Notes: generated by a model from the letters alone, not told the origin. 64,000 bases of DNA from Nitrospirota bacterium (GCA_963754875.1 CAVWHO010000008.1:288001-352000); one strand, 5' to 3'; numbered from the stretch's first letter, positions 26,290 to 37,031 are shown. Program-made: numbers and translations.

Positions 26290-27488
26290 AGTTGATCTCC
26301 GGAAAGTTGCTTTCTCCCCAATCTTTGCTTCACGCCGTATCGGGAATGTCCCCTCCTCTTTTCAATCATTGCATTATAATTATCTGCGTACTTCCCGATC
26401 ATGGCATCGAGCGAATATTGTCCCCTGGCAAACTGCAGCGACATTTCTCCGAATTTTTTTCGTCGCGCCGTATCGTCTATGACGGATTGCAGCCGGAGGG
26501 ACAAGATTCCGGCATGATCAGGCGGGACAAGATAGCCGTTTTTTCCGTGCAGGACCAGTTCGCTGTTCCCGCCCACATCGGTAGCAATCACCGGAAGTCC
26601 CGCGGCCATGGCTTCAATGATGCTGCAGGAAAGGCCCTCCGAACGGGAGGAAAGAACGAAACAATCGCTTAGGTTCAAGAGATTGGGGATATCGTTACGC
26701 TGTCCGAGCATCCTGACGTTCTGTTGTAAACCTCTTTCGCTGATTTGCTGTTCTATCTCCTGTTTGCAAGGGCCGTCTCCGACAATGAGCAGCTTTGTGT
26801 GTCTCCCCGGCCGCAGTAGGCCAAACGCCTTAAGAAGGACGTCATGTCCCTTTATTTTTTCGAGCCTGCCGACGCAGATCAGCACGACATCTTGGGGGTC
26901 GAGACCGAGTTCCGGATAATGCTCTCTGCTGCAGGAAAGGTTGAATTTGTCCAGATCCATACCGTTTACTATGGTCTGCAAGGCACTGTCTTTGAATTTC
27001 CCCAGATTGGTGAGATAGGTTTTCATCTGGTGTGAAACGGTAACGAGCCGCGTGCCTAATAATGACGAGAGTTGAATGTACCGGACCCGCCTCTTCTTCG
27101 CTTCGATGGTATAAATATCGTGCAGCGTTCCGATATGAGGTATTCCCGCAAAATACGCCGAGAAGCAGGCTCCGGTCACTGGCCCGAACAGATGAGAATG
27201 TAAAATATCAACGCGCCGCTCTTTCAGGAATCTCGCAAAGACAGGGATAAACAGGGGAAGTGTACCTGCGGATTTGTACCATCTGTGTCCCGGGACAAAT
27301 TGCGAGGGGATTCCATATTCCAGGCATTTTTCCTCCAGCCACGGGTTGCCGAAATGATACACCTCAGGCGAAAAGCCGTGGGTTTCGATCTTTCTGCAGA
27401 TCTCGACGACAAGGGTTTCTGCCCCACCGGAGTCATGACTATCAATGAAATGAGCGACTTTTGGCATTATGGTATTTCTTTTCACCAT
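26286..27488 (-). CDS. Glycosyltransferase family 4
   Basis: GGAE, VGRLEKIKG and SRSEGLSCSIIEAMAAG. Confidence 0.93.
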   Translation of the reverse strand: MVKRNTIMPKVAHFIDSHDSGGAETLVVEICRKIETHGFSPEVYHFGNPWLEEKCLEYGIPSQFVPGHRWYKSAGTLPLFIPVFARFLKERRVDILHSHLFGPVTGACFSAYFAGIPHIGTLHDIYTIEAKKRRVRYIQLSSLLGTRLVTVSHQMKTYLTNLGKFKDSALQTIVNGMDLDKFNLSCSREHYPELGLDPQDVVLICVGRLEKIKGHDVLLKAFGLLRPGRHTKLLIVGDGPCKQEIEQQISERGLQQNVRMLGQRNDIPNLLNLSDCFVLSSRSEGLSCSIIEAMAAGLPVIATDVGGNSELVLHGKNGYLVPPDHAGILSLRLQSVIDDTARRKKFGEMSLQFARGQYSLDAMIGKYADNYNAMIEKRRGHSRYGVKQRLGRKQLSGDQL

Positions 27489-27677
27489 TTGACCTGCTCC
27501 CCCCGGATGTTCATTCGTAGGGCCATGGATTCTCTACACCAGTTGTAATTGCGGTTCTGGAAAATCCAGGACACGCTTTTGAATAACGATTAAAATAAGG
27601 GTTTACGCTCCCTCATCGATTTCCCCCTTTGCAGAGGGTCGCCCATAGTCAAGAGTCTCTGGCAGGTGGCCTGCCCG

Positions 27678-28652
27678 CTATTGTTTGCGCAGGTTTTGGG
27701 GCGGAGACAATATCGTGTTGTTCGATACAGTGCCGGTCGGCCTTGACGTCGCAACGGTCAGATCATCGATCCACAGAGACTGATCAACGGGCGACCCGTC
27801 TCCGATGTACGGAGCGATGACGAACTGGTTGAATTTCATAGTTGGATATTGTCCTGTGCGGAAAAGCACGTTATTGTGGCTCATGAGCAAATTACCGTCC
27901 AACCAGTACTGGAGCGAGCCATCTGCCACACCCTTTCCATTCACAATGCTGTTAAGTTTGACATAGGCTTCCACATAGTGCCAATCTCCCTTATAATACG
28001 GCCCCGCAACGTCTTGGAAATACGTGCTGGATGTCCTCCATGTCTTGTCGTTCCGGTAGCCACCTGACGCGGAATAACAATCTTCAGGATCGGAACCATC
28101 TGCCTGACTATAGCCATTACACCCCGCCACCGCACGCTGCTCTGTAGTGTTCGTTAAATCGAGCCCTATTTTCGATTGATCGATATTCAGAACGTCCTGT
28201 ATCGCCATCACCGGCTTACCGCTGTTTTCTTCTATGTAAGCGGTCAGGTGGTCGACGGACAAGCCACAATAATCTCCGCATGCGCCTCCATCCAAGTTTG
28301 AGAGAAGGTAGAACTCGTGGGGATGGTAGGGCAAGCCGGAGCCGACCCAGTTAGGGCTGTGCTTAACATAATAACTGACGTAGACTGCGTCGGTTTCCGT
28401 AAATTTCTTTCGTATTGCGTCTCCCGATATTTCAGGAGTGAGAGCTCCCTTCAGAAAATGGTACTCAACGGAACCGGTGCTTCCCGGGATGTGTTCTATT
28501 GAAGACAGCTTTAACGTTGTACTGTCATACCAACCCCGCTGCACGAAATTAGCATCATCAAACTTTTCTTGAAAAAGCATCGCAGCGGAGCCGGTTCCCG
28601 GTGAAAGCAGGAAGGCCGCAGTTACGAATAGGAGTATGGCTTTCTTTTTCAC
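27678..28652 (-). CDS. Secreted beta-sandwich (ConA / polysaccharide-lyase-like) protein with SPPQNLR tail
   Basis: GTG start with GGAGG, signal peptide, GDWHYVEAYVKLN...DGSLQYWLDG and WIDDLTVAT. Confidence 0.7.
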   Translation of the reverse strand: MKKKAILLFVTAAFLLSPGTGSAAMLFQEKFDDANFVQRGWYDSTTLKLSSIEHIPGSTGSVEYHFLKGALTPEISGDAIRKKFTETDAVYVSYYVKHSPNWVGSGLPYHPHEFYLLSNLDGGACGDYCGLSVDHLTAYIEENSGKPVMAIQDVLNIDQSKIGLDLTNTTEQRAVAGCNGYSQADGSDPEDCYSASGGYRNDKTWRTSSTYFQDVAGPYYKGDWHYVEAYVKLNSIVNGKGVADGSLQYWLDGNLLMSHNNVLFRTGQYPTMKFNQFVIAPYIGDGSPVDQSLWIDDLTVATSRPTGTVSNNTILSPPQNLRKQ

Positions 28653-28775
28653 GATCAAACCTCCTAAAATTCCGCTTGCAGACTTCACGTTGAGGCATCT
28701 TAAGATACGAGTCATTGTCTTTCCGCAAGCTTCATACAAACCAGCTGGATATCAAGCGTTCAAAGCTTTCATTTG

Positions 28776-30098
28776 CTATCTCAAATTGGCCGGTGGAGGA
28801 ATCCGTCCGATGGATTCATTTCCCTTGATGTAAGCTCCCATGACGGTCCCAGCCTGGCCGTTTGCAGGGTAAGACTTGCGCTTGTAATCTGCGACATTCG
28901 TTCCACCGGGCTTCAGGAACTGCGGATCCGTCGTGACTGAATTGGCGTCCAGGCCGGTAGCGGTTGTCCACGCTGCTAGTGGAGAATAATCCGTCGCATA
29001 ATTTAGATTCCACACCCCGCCCGAACTATAGAAATCGTTATAGTTGCTGTAGGAGGGCATGGAGTCGCCAGTATAATACCGTACGAGTGGACTACTAGCG
29101 GATACTAGTTGAATTATATTATTCCAGATTTGATTTGTTCGTGCACTTGGTCCAACTTCTATCCCAGTCCCTTTTCCGTATATCGTGTTATTATAAATCT
29201 GATAATTAGTTTGGTATTCGCCAGCCCCGGAATTAGGGTAAACATCTATTGCGATATAACCATTATTGACCAGCACGTTCTGGTATACTAGATCGCCGCT
29301 CCCACCGACTGCTTCGTCGTTCAGCATTATCCCACTTGTTGTAATAGAATAAAAAAAGTTTTTATATATTTCGTTGTTAACATTTGGGCCTGTTTTTTGC
29401 ATAACTCCGTTCATACAATTATAAATAGTATTGTTATGAACCTTCGCTCCTTTAGCATCAAAAAGCCAGATAGCCGCAGCATTGACGGCATTCGAATTGC
29501 CGGTCATTCCTTGGACGAAATTATTCGAAACCTCGTTATTAGCGGATTGTTCAATCCTTATGGGTGCCGTATTGTCGGGGATGGTGCGTGCGTTCCCCAT
29601 AAATTTGCAATTCTTGACTACGCTTCCCGTTGAGTTCCAATACAAAAATAGCCAGACCTCCCCGGCATTATCGATCGTTGTGCCGGAAAATCCGTCCCAG
29701 ACAATATAGGACACATCCCTTGCACCGAAAGCCGGCATGGAATTAGGGCAGCTTTTGATGACAGGGTTCTCACCGGCATACGCTTTAAATGTTATTGGAT
29801 TTGCAGCAGTGCCTGAGTTTTTAGGCGCGATTCCTATATATTCCCACGTTGATGGGCAGCTTGTCCCGGGGTCATAGGTGCCGCCGCGGAAGTAAACCGT
29901 GTCTCCTGCTGCGGCATTTGCCATAGCTGTCTGCCAGGAGCAGGAGTTATTGATATTAGTACATGCGGACCATGCCGCATTTCCATTGGGCGAAACATAG
30001 TAGGTCGCTGCATTCGATAGCGCCGAAAAAAGAACGATTCCGCCTACAACGATTGTGATAAATAAAAAACCTTTTATCAAGTCTGTTTTGCAGTGCAT
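28776..30098 (-). CDS. Secreted right-handed beta-helix protein with PPPANLR tail
   Basis: Signal peptide ending in AxA, ATYYVSPNG, AGDTVYFRGGTY, GTAANPITFKAY.GE, Asn-ladder repeats and DPQF. Confidence 0.82.
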   Translation of the reverse strand: MHCKTDLIKGFLFITIVVGGIVLFSALSNAATYYVSPNGNAAWSACTNINNSCSWQTAMANAAAGDTVYFRGGTYDPGTSCPSTWEYIGIAPKNSGTAANPITFKAYAGENPVIKSCPNSMPAFGARDVSYIVWDGFSGTTIDNAGEVWLFLYWNSTGSVVKNCKFMGNARTIPDNTAPIRIEQSANNEVSNNFVQGMTGNSNAVNAAAIWLFDAKGAKVHNNTIYNCMNGVMQKTGPNVNNEIYKNFFYSITTSGIMLNDEAVGGSGDLVYQNVLVNNGYIAIDVYPNSGAGEYQTNYQIYNNTIYGKGTGIEVGPSARTNQIWNNIIQLVSASSPLVRYYTGDSMPSYSNYNDFYSSGGVWNLNYATDYSPLAAWTTATGLDANSVTTDPQFLKPGGTNVADYKRKSYPANGQAGTVMGAYIKGNESIGRIPPPANLR

Positions 30099-30185
30099 TT
30101 TCTTTGCCCTTTCCTCTCTCTCGAACGACAATTGTGAGTTAATGAACATCAATCAGTTATTGGAAGGACTGACAACAATACTTGC

Positions 30186-31415
30186 TTAAAGCTTTCCTGA
30201 TCGGACTTGCTGCCTAGCGTATGACCGCGGCAACTCTTTTTGCTGAAAGATCTCTTCGTAAACTTTCTCGGTTTCTTCGACCATTTTATCACTGCTGAAC
30301 ATTTCGACAAACCGTTGTCGGCCTCGTTCCCCCATTTCACGTGCTTTATCTTTGTTCGACAAGCAATAAACGATTGCATCAGCCATACTCTCCGGATCGT
30401 TCAAAGGGACCAGCAAACCGGTTTCGTTCTGGACCACAATTTCTGCGGGACCTCCCAAATTTGTCGCGATGACCGGCTTGCGCATAGCCATCCCCTCCAG
30501 GACAACCAGGCCAAATGGTTCGGGGTCGACGGACGCATGGATTAATATATTTAAAACACTCAGGATGTTCGGGATATCAGTTCTGAAGCCGGTGAAAATT
30601 ATGTTTTCCCCCAAGTTATTGTCCCGAATATAGGTATCAAGTTCTTTTTTATAGTCTTCTGAGCGCTGCGCCACCTTACCGATAATGAGGCACTTAATAT
30701 CAGGGATTATTTTTTTTACTTGCTTAATTGCCTGTAAAACTACGAGCTGCCCTTTCCATCGTATGATGTTGCCGACTATGCCGACCGCAAATTGCCCGTC
30801 TTCAATGCCAAACTCTCTTTTAACCTTATCGACTTCCGTGGGATTGATGTCATTAAATGAATCGACCCTGATGCCGTCATAGACTCTTCTTATTCTTTTC
30901 GGCTTCAGGTGCTGTCGCACGACATTGTCTTTAAAACTGTCGCTTACGCACATAATCACGTCAACAAGACGGACAAACAATTTCGTTTGACTGTTACATG
31001 GATATTCAGTGCCGCGGTCATGCGCCAGAATTTTTATGCCCCATAAAGCGCAAGCCAGCATCCATTCGTGCATACAGGCATAGCCATTGTTTAAATGAAC
31101 AAGATCGGGTTTTATCTCGTCGATGATTTTTTTTAGGGCAAATTGCTTCAGCAGCAGTTTGTCCATTACGCGATAAGGCCATTTTATTACATCTGCGGGG
31201 GTTTTGAGTGGGATGCTTTGTGAAGGGCCGAAATTATTGATGTAGACATGAGGCGTCACTTTTCTGAATTCAGGGACCAGCATGTTATCCTGACAGAATA
31301 TAATGTGCAGTTCGTATTTGGATTTATTCAGCCCCTGCATCAAATACAGCAGGCTGTAATAGGAACCTCCGACCGTTCCATCTCTATTTGATTCGATAAA
31401 CAATATTCTTTTCAT
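30186..31415 (-). CDS. Glycosyltransferase family 4
   Basis: VGNIIRWKG and EPFGLVVLEGMA; start placed at MKRILF. Confidence 0.92.
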   Translation of the reverse strand: MKRILFIESNRDGTVGGSYYSLLYLMQGLNKSKYELHIIFCQDNMLVPEFRKVTPHVYINNFGPSQSIPLKTPADVIKWPYRVMDKLLLKQFALKKIIDEIKPDLVHLNNGYACMHEWMLACALWGIKILAHDRGTEYPCNSQTKLFVRLVDVIMCVSDSFKDNVVRQHLKPKRIRRVYDGIRVDSFNDINPTEVDKVKREFGIEDGQFAVGIVGNIIRWKGQLVVLQAIKQVKKIIPDIKCLIIGKVAQRSEDYKKELDTYIRDNNLGENIIFTGFRTDIPNILSVLNILIHASVDPEPFGLVVLEGMAMRKPVIATNLGGPAEIVVQNETGLLVPLNDPESMADAIVYCLSNKDKAREMGERGRQRFVEMFSSDKMVEETEKVYEEIFQQKELPRSYARQQVRSGKL

Positions 31416-31428
31416 AACTGCCGCCTCC

Positions 31429-32925
31429 TTAGCTCGAAGACAACGAGGACGCACATGTATTCTTGAATTTTGCCCACGCAGTATTCAAATCGCGTTTGAG
31501 TGATGACCGCAGGCTTTCGAGCGCGCTGCCGGGAATCATCAGCATGACGGCCGCATAGGTCAAAGCGCCTGCAGAAACGATTGCAATGAGATTCATCAAT
31601 GTATAGCGAGTGATGAACAATGCATAGATAGATTTCACGCACAGCAGCATGACGGCACAGCCGATGAGAGCCGGAACAACGCAATTTGTAAAATCCCTCC
31701 AGGAAAGCGGGATTTTTTCCCGGATGATACCGATGCCAATGAAAAACGTCACTAAGGCGTATATCACCGCCCCCAGAGCAACCGCGACAATCCCCCATCT
31801 GACGAGGACGAGCCAGAGGATGAAGAGCAGACCGGTCGCTATCATCAACCGGACCGTGTATTTTTGATAATTACCGATATTCACGGCCGCGGTCAGGAAC
31901 AGGCCGGAGAACGAAGCAAATATCCCGCTGATGCACATGATCTTTAAGGGAATGATCATGGCATTCCATTTTTCTCCCAGAATGATTGGGACGAAATGGT
32001 CAGCGATCGCATACAACCCTACGAAAATGGGGAAATTGATGACCGACGTAAGGACTATGCTTTTCTTGAGCATGTTGACTAATTCGTCTTTTTTATCCTG
32101 AATGCGGCTGAATGATGAATACAGAACATTATTGATGTTCGATGAAATGCTCTCGGTCGGCATCTGGCTGAGGCTTTTGGATTTATCATAGATGCCGAGG
32201 ATTGACGTGCCTAAATATCTCCCCACGATCAATCGATCCAGGCGGGTGCTGAAGAAATAGAGTTGCGAACGGACAAAACTCCAAACACCGTAATTGAACA
32301 AATCTTTTAATGCACTGTACCTGAACGACAGCGCGGGTTTCCGCTCCATCTTCACAATCAAATAGATGGCGGCAAGCGAAAGCGGGACCAATTGCCCCCA
32401 TACGATCGACCAGTATTTAAAGCCAAGGTAGGCAAGTACCACTGTAATGGTGGACATGCATGTTTCTTTGACGGTATCGACGAGGGTAACGACCTTGAAG
32501 TTAAGTTCTCTTCGGAAAAGAGTATACGGCAGGTCGTAAAAAGTGGTTATCACGAAGGTAAGCGACATTACCCGTATCACCGGGACACTCTCCGGCGAAT
32601 GAAAGAAGGCGGCAATTGCAGGCGCCAGAAAATAGAACAGGCAGGCCATGAAAAGAGAAATCGTCAGGTCCGCAGTGAAGACGGAGCTGATGTGCTCGTC
32701 TGTGATTTCCTTCCGCTGCACGAGCGCGCTCTTGAAACCCAAATTGGTCAGCGTATTGGAATAGAATATGATCATCGTCGCAATGGATACGATCCCGAAG
32801 TCCTTGGGGTCCAACAATCTCGCAACGACGATAGAGACGCCGAAACGGAATACTTCGTAGGGAATCTTGAACGACAGATTCCAGTACATGCTCGAACGGG
32901 TCTTTTTTCCGATATCATTGCTCAT
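31429..32925 (-). CDS. wzx: Wzx-type polysaccharide flippase (WzxC-like)
   Basis: ARLLDPKDFG, many TM helices, DRLIVGRYLG and LGEKW. Confidence 0.9.
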   Translation of the reverse strand: MSNDIGKKTRSSMYWNLSFKIPYEVFRFGVSIVVARLLDPKDFGIVSIATMIIFYSNTLTNLGFKSALVQRKEITDEHISSVFTADLTISLFMACLFYFLAPAIAAFFHSPESVPVIRVMSLTFVITTFYDLPYTLFRRELNFKVVTLVDTVKETCMSTITVVLAYLGFKYWSIVWGQLVPLSLAAIYLIVKMERKPALSFRYSALKDLFNYGVWSFVRSQLYFFSTRLDRLIVGRYLGTSILGIYDKSKSLSQMPTESISSNINNVLYSSFSRIQDKKDELVNMLKKSIVLTSVINFPIFVGLYAIADHFVPIILGEKWNAMIIPLKIMCISGIFASFSGLFLTAAVNIGNYQKYTVRLMIATGLLFILWLVLVRWGIVAVALGAVIYALVTFFIGIGIIREKIPLSWRDFTNCVVPALIGCAVMLLCVKSIYALFITRYTLMNLIAIVSAGALTYAAVMLMIPGSALESLRSSLKRDLNTAWAKFKNTCASSLSSS

Positions 32926-34916
32926 ACGCCGCTGGTCCTTGACAACGGGACGTGCTCCATGCCGTTCACCGCTGCCCTTCCTTCATCATGCCGTCCTGAC
33001 GGGCTGTGCACTTCCGGAAGCTCCGGTCTTCCGGAATAGGCGTCGAACCATTTCTGGAAAATGACGAGCGACCAGATAAGCGTGTCATGGATCTCCTTCC
33101 CGCTGAAATGTTCGTCCGTGATCCTTTTCACGGTCTGGGCGTTCAGGAGGCCGTGCTTGTTCAGGTTCTTCTCATTTAGTGTGTCCAGCACATATTGTTT
33201 CAAGTCTGTCTGGAGCCAGCGCGTCATAGGCCCCACGAAGCCCTGTTTCCGGTGGTCGATGACCTCTCTCGGCAAAAGCGGCGCCACCGCTTTTTTGAGA
33301 AGATATTTTTTCCTGAACCATTTCAATTTCATTTCAGGAGGGATCGTGGAGCAGAATTCGAGCACTTTGTGGTCTACGAAGGGGACCCTCACTTCCAGGG
33401 CGTGGTACATGCTCATCCTGTCGGTCACTGTCAGGATATCGTCGGGCAGATAGGTTTTGATGTCGCAGTAGAGGACCCTGTTTAATGAGTCGTGGGTGTC
33501 CTGCACCTGGGGAGAGTTGAAATAGCCGAGCATGAGTTCCTTGCATGACTCGTGGTGTTTCTGAAACCGTCCGGCATCGGAGAACAAGGACCCCTGTAGT
33601 GAAGGATTCCACCGCGAAATATAGCCGAAGTAGGCGGTATCAGCGGACAAAGCGCTCGAACGGACGAAGCGCTTCATGTGGTTTATCGTGTAGTGTCCAT
33701 CAGGCCTCTCAGCCAATCCTTCGACGAACTTTTGAATGAGGCTCCCGCGTACGAAGCCAGGCAACCGGTTATACAGCCCGCGCAGCCTGAACCCGAGATA
33801 ACGCTCGTACCCTCCAAAGGCCTCGTCGCCGCCCAGGCCGGACAGGGCGACCGTGACGTTTTCCCGCGCTATCTTGCACACATAATAGGAAGGAATGGCG
33901 GAATCATCGGCAAAGGGCTCATCGAAGGATCGAACGATCTTTTCAACGATGCCCTGCGGTTCCGGCAGTACTTCGTACTCGTGATGGTTGGTCGCGTACC
34001 GCTCTGCGACCATTCTGGCATAGCACCGTTCGTCCAGGTAGCCGCCGGTGTCCCCGCCGAACCCGATGGAGAACGTATTGACCCGGCCCTTGTTGGCGGC
34101 GCTCATCATAGCAACCACGGCGCTCGAATCTATCCCGCCGCTTAAGAAGGCGCCGAGGGGGACGTCACTGACCAGATGGGCCTGGACCGAACCCTGCAAG
34201 AGGTCCATGAATCCGTTGATGAATTCCTTTTCCGTCTTGCCCCTGTCCGGAACGACGGAAAGGTCCCAGTATTTGCGGATCGTAAACCTGCCGTCCTGCC
34301 AGGTCAAAGTGTGACCCGGCAGCAGCTTACGGATACCCTTGAAAATGGTGAGCGGAGCCGGGATGTAGGAGAGCGTGAAATAACAGGCGATCGCCTCCTC
34401 ATCCATGTCCCTCTCGACCTCTCCGCTTGCAAGAATCGCCTTCATTTCCGAGGCAAAATACAGCCGTCCGTTCCGGGCGGCGTAAAAGAGCGGCTTGATG
34501 CCGAACCGGTCCCGTGCAAGAAACAGTTTTTTTCGCTTCTTGTCCCAGACGGCGAAGGCAAACATGCCGCGGAAACGCTCGACGCTGCGTTCGCCCCATT
34601 CTTCATAGGCATGGAGAATGGTTTCAGTGTCGCTTTTTGTCGCGAACACATGCCCTTTCCCTATCAATTCGTCCCGGAGCTCCAGGAAATTATAAATCTC
34701 CCCGTTAAAGACGACGCACTGCGACCGGTCTTCGTTGAACATGGGCTGCTGGCCTGACGACAGGTCGATGATGCTGAGCCGCCGGTGTCCCAAACCGACA
34801 TGGTCGTCGTGATAGGTCCCGCCCTCGTCAGGCCCCCGGTGGAACAGCGTGTTCGTTGCCTGCTCCAGGGGAAAGCCTTTTACGTTGTCAGATGCTACGC
34901 CGAAAATTCCGCACAT
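32922..34916 (-). CDS. asnB: Asparagine synthase-like glutamine amidotransferase
   Basis: MCGI, HRGPD, RLSIID, FNGEIYN, LSGGIDSS and LEVRVPF. Confidence 0.93.
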   Translation of the reverse strand: MCGIFGVASDNVKGFPLEQATNTLFHRGPDEGGTYHDDHVGLGHRRLSIIDLSSGQQPMFNEDRSQCVVFNGEIYNFLELRDELIGKGHVFATKSDTETILHAYEEWGERSVERFRGMFAFAVWDKKRKKLFLARDRFGIKPLFYAARNGRLYFASEMKAILASGEVERDMDEEAIACYFTLSYIPAPLTIFKGIRKLLPGHTLTWQDGRFTIRKYWDLSVVPDRGKTEKEFINGFMDLLQGSVQAHLVSDVPLGAFLSGGIDSSAVVAMMSAANKGRVNTFSIGFGGDTGGYLDERCYARMVAERYATNHHEYEVLPEPQGIVEKIVRSFDEPFADDSAIPSYYVCKIARENVTVALSGLGGDEAFGGYERYLGFRLRGLYNRLPGFVRGSLIQKFVEGLAERPDGHYTINHMKRFVRSSALSADTAYFGYISRWNPSLQGSLFSDAGRFQKHHESCKELMLGYFNSPQVQDTHDSLNRVLYCDIKTYLPDDILTVTDRMSMYHALEVRVPFVDHKVLEFCSTIPPEMKLKWFRKKYLLKKAVAPLLPREVIDHRKQGFVGPMTRWLQTDLKQYVLDTLNEKNLNKHGLLNAQTVKRITDEHFSGKEIHDTLIWSLVIFQKWFDAYSGRPELPEVHSPSGRHDEGRAAVNGMEHVPLSRTSGV

Positions 34917-34925
34917 AGGATTGTC

Positions 34926-37031
34926 TCAATTCCGGACCGCGGCCTTGTTCCACTCGTAGGCAATAACTTTTTCGTACGTTTCCCGCATGGTGGAGGGCGG
35001 CGTCCATTTCAGCTCGTTCCGGATCCTGGATGCATCATAGGATATATTCTTCTGCGATGACACGAGGCGGTACCGTGTGAGAAAGGGGTTCCTCTTCAGC
35101 ATCCCGACCATGATCTCCTGCAGATAGACGATCCCGTAAAACACAGTGTAGGGTATGTAGAGGTATTTTGCCTTGGGATAAAGCCTTTTCAGGAACGACT
35201 CCACATACTGTTTTTTGGTCGGGAGTTCGCCGTCCACGACATTGTAAATTCTCCCATTGCTCTCGCTCTTCTGCATGACTGCAACGATCGCATCCACAAG
35301 GTTGTCGATGCTGACGAGCGGCAGAACGAAATCGCCCCGTCCGATGATGGCAAACAGTTTGCGGCCCGCGGAAAGACCCATCATGGGCGTAAAGATGTCG
35401 CCGCCGGGGCCGAAATACGTTCCGGGCCGGAGGCAAACGATCGGCAGCCGCCCATCCTCCATGGCCTCGGTAATGATCTGTTCAGCTTTGAGTTTTGCCA
35501 GGGAGTAATGTCCCCTGAGTTCCGGGAACCGCTCAAGAGACGATTCCTCGGTCACCAAGTCCCCTTTCTTGTAATCTGCGACGCCGTAGACGCTGCAGGA
35601 GCTGATATAAACGAGTTTCTTCACCGCGAACTGCCGGCAAAGATCGATGACGTTTTTCGTGCCCTGGATGGTGCTCAATTCTCCCGCTTTCGCGTTTCCG
35701 GCCGTGTCAGCGGCCGCATGGATGACCAGATTGATCCCTTCAAACGCCGCTGACAGGGACACACGGTCCGCCACGTCGCCGAAGAAGATTTCAACTCCGA
35801 GGTTTTTCAGGTGGTCGATCTTCGACAATTTTCTCGCCAGAACCCGCACGGGATAACCTTCCACAATCAGTCGTTGGATCAGCTGACTGCCCAAAAAGCC
35901 CGTCCCGCCCGTTACCAGGACCTTTTCCTTCTGCTTGAAAGCATACGGTTTCGCGGGAACGATCGGTGAGAAGTCGAATGTTTTCGGAGGCACTTGTCTC
36001 CAGATCTCATCCATCGTTTCCAGAACCAGAAGGGCCTGCTCCCGGGTCACGGGAATTTCTCCTTTTCCCTGGAGAAAATCGTAAAACCGGTGAATGAGGA
36101 CCTGCATCCCCTGGTAGGGCTTCAGCTTGCCCCGTACGAAGTTGACAACATTGGATGTCGTTGATTTGAACAGTTGCCAGCTCTCCGCGAGGTTGTACGT
36201 CGCCTTTTGGGCGGCTTTGGGAAGCGAACTGAGCGGATGCATCACATTTACCATCGTATTGAAGTCTACTTCCGCCATCATGCTCGTGCCGTAGATCCTG
36301 ACGAAATGGAGATGCGGTTTTGCCGCGAATGAGAACGTAAGCGTCCCGAAGGCTTTCTCGCCGTTGATCAGGATCCTGAGCTCGTCCGGGATGCAGTGGG
36401 GCAGCGTACCGCAGGTCCTGTGCATCACCTTGATCTCTTTCGGCTTCCCCGTGTAATCGAGCATCACGTACAGCGGGTGTGCCATGAAATCATGATACAC
36501 CCCCCCCGGCATGGTATACAACCAGGGAAGAACGTTTGGCGCCGGATAGTCCCTGAATGCAGGAATTTGCGTATTCAGACCATAATAGCTCTCAACGTTC
36601 ATGATCTTGCCGAAGTCCCCTTTTTTAACGCGTTCATGGACGCCGGAAAAACAAGGATCGAAGAAATGATTGTGCATGGTACAAAGCTTGACGCCGTATT
36701 GTTCCGCCAGATCATACAGTTCCTTAGCCTCGGAAAGACTGAGCGCCAGGGGCTTTTCAACAAGGACGTTGCATTTCATCGTAATCGCCTCTTTTGCCAG
36801 GGCAGCGTGGGTCTTCGGCGGAGTTACGATGTGAATAACGTCCGGTTTTTTCTGCTCGATGAGGTCCTTGATGGAGCCAAACACTGCCGGGATGCCGTAC
36901 TTTTGAGCGCACTCATTTGCCTTTTGCGCATCTTTATCCACGATGCCGACGATCTCGGCGCCGGGATAGGACCGTGCGAAGTTGATGTGGTAGTCAGAAT
37001 TCAGGCCGCAGCCTACAATGCCGATTTTCAT
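34926..37031 (-). CDS. Gfo/Idh/MocA oxidoreductase fused to an NAD-dependent epimerase/dehydratase (extended SDR)
   Basis: N-half IGIVGCG...VEKPL; C-half VTGGTGFLG, ISSCSVYG and YSLAK. Confidence 0.88.
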   Translation of the reverse strand: MKIGIVGCGLNSDYHINFARSYPGAEIVGIVDKDAQKANECAQKYGIPAVFGSIKDLIEQKKPDVIHIVTPPKTHAALAKEAITMKCNVLVEKPLALSLSEAKELYDLAEQYGVKLCTMHNHFFDPCFSGVHERVKKGDFGKIMNVESYYGLNTQIPAFRDYPAPNVLPWLYTMPGGVYHDFMAHPLYVMLDYTGKPKEIKVMHRTCGTLPHCIPDELRILINGEKAFGTLTFSFAAKPHLHFVRIYGTSMMAEVDFNTMVNVMHPLSSLPKAAQKATYNLAESWQLFKSTTSNVVNFVRGKLKPYQGMQVLIHRFYDFLQGKGEIPVTREQALLVLETMDEIWRQVPPKTFDFSPIVPAKPYAFKQKEKVLVTGGTGFLGSQLIQRLIVEGYPVRVLARKLSKIDHLKNLGVEIFFGDVADRVSLSAAFEGINLVIHAAADTAGNAKAGELSTIQGTKNVIDLCRQFAVKKLVYISSCSVYGVADYKKGDLVTEESSLERFPELRGHYSLAKLKAEQIITEAMEDGRLPIVCLRPGTYFGPGGDIFTPMMGLSAGRKLFAIIGRGDFVLPLVSIDNLVDAIVAVMQKSESNGRIYNVVDGELPTKKQYVESFLKRLYPKAKYLYIPYTVFYGIVYLQEIMVGMLKRNPFLTRYRLVSSQKNISYDASRIRNELKWTPPSTMRETYEKVIAYEWNKAAVRN

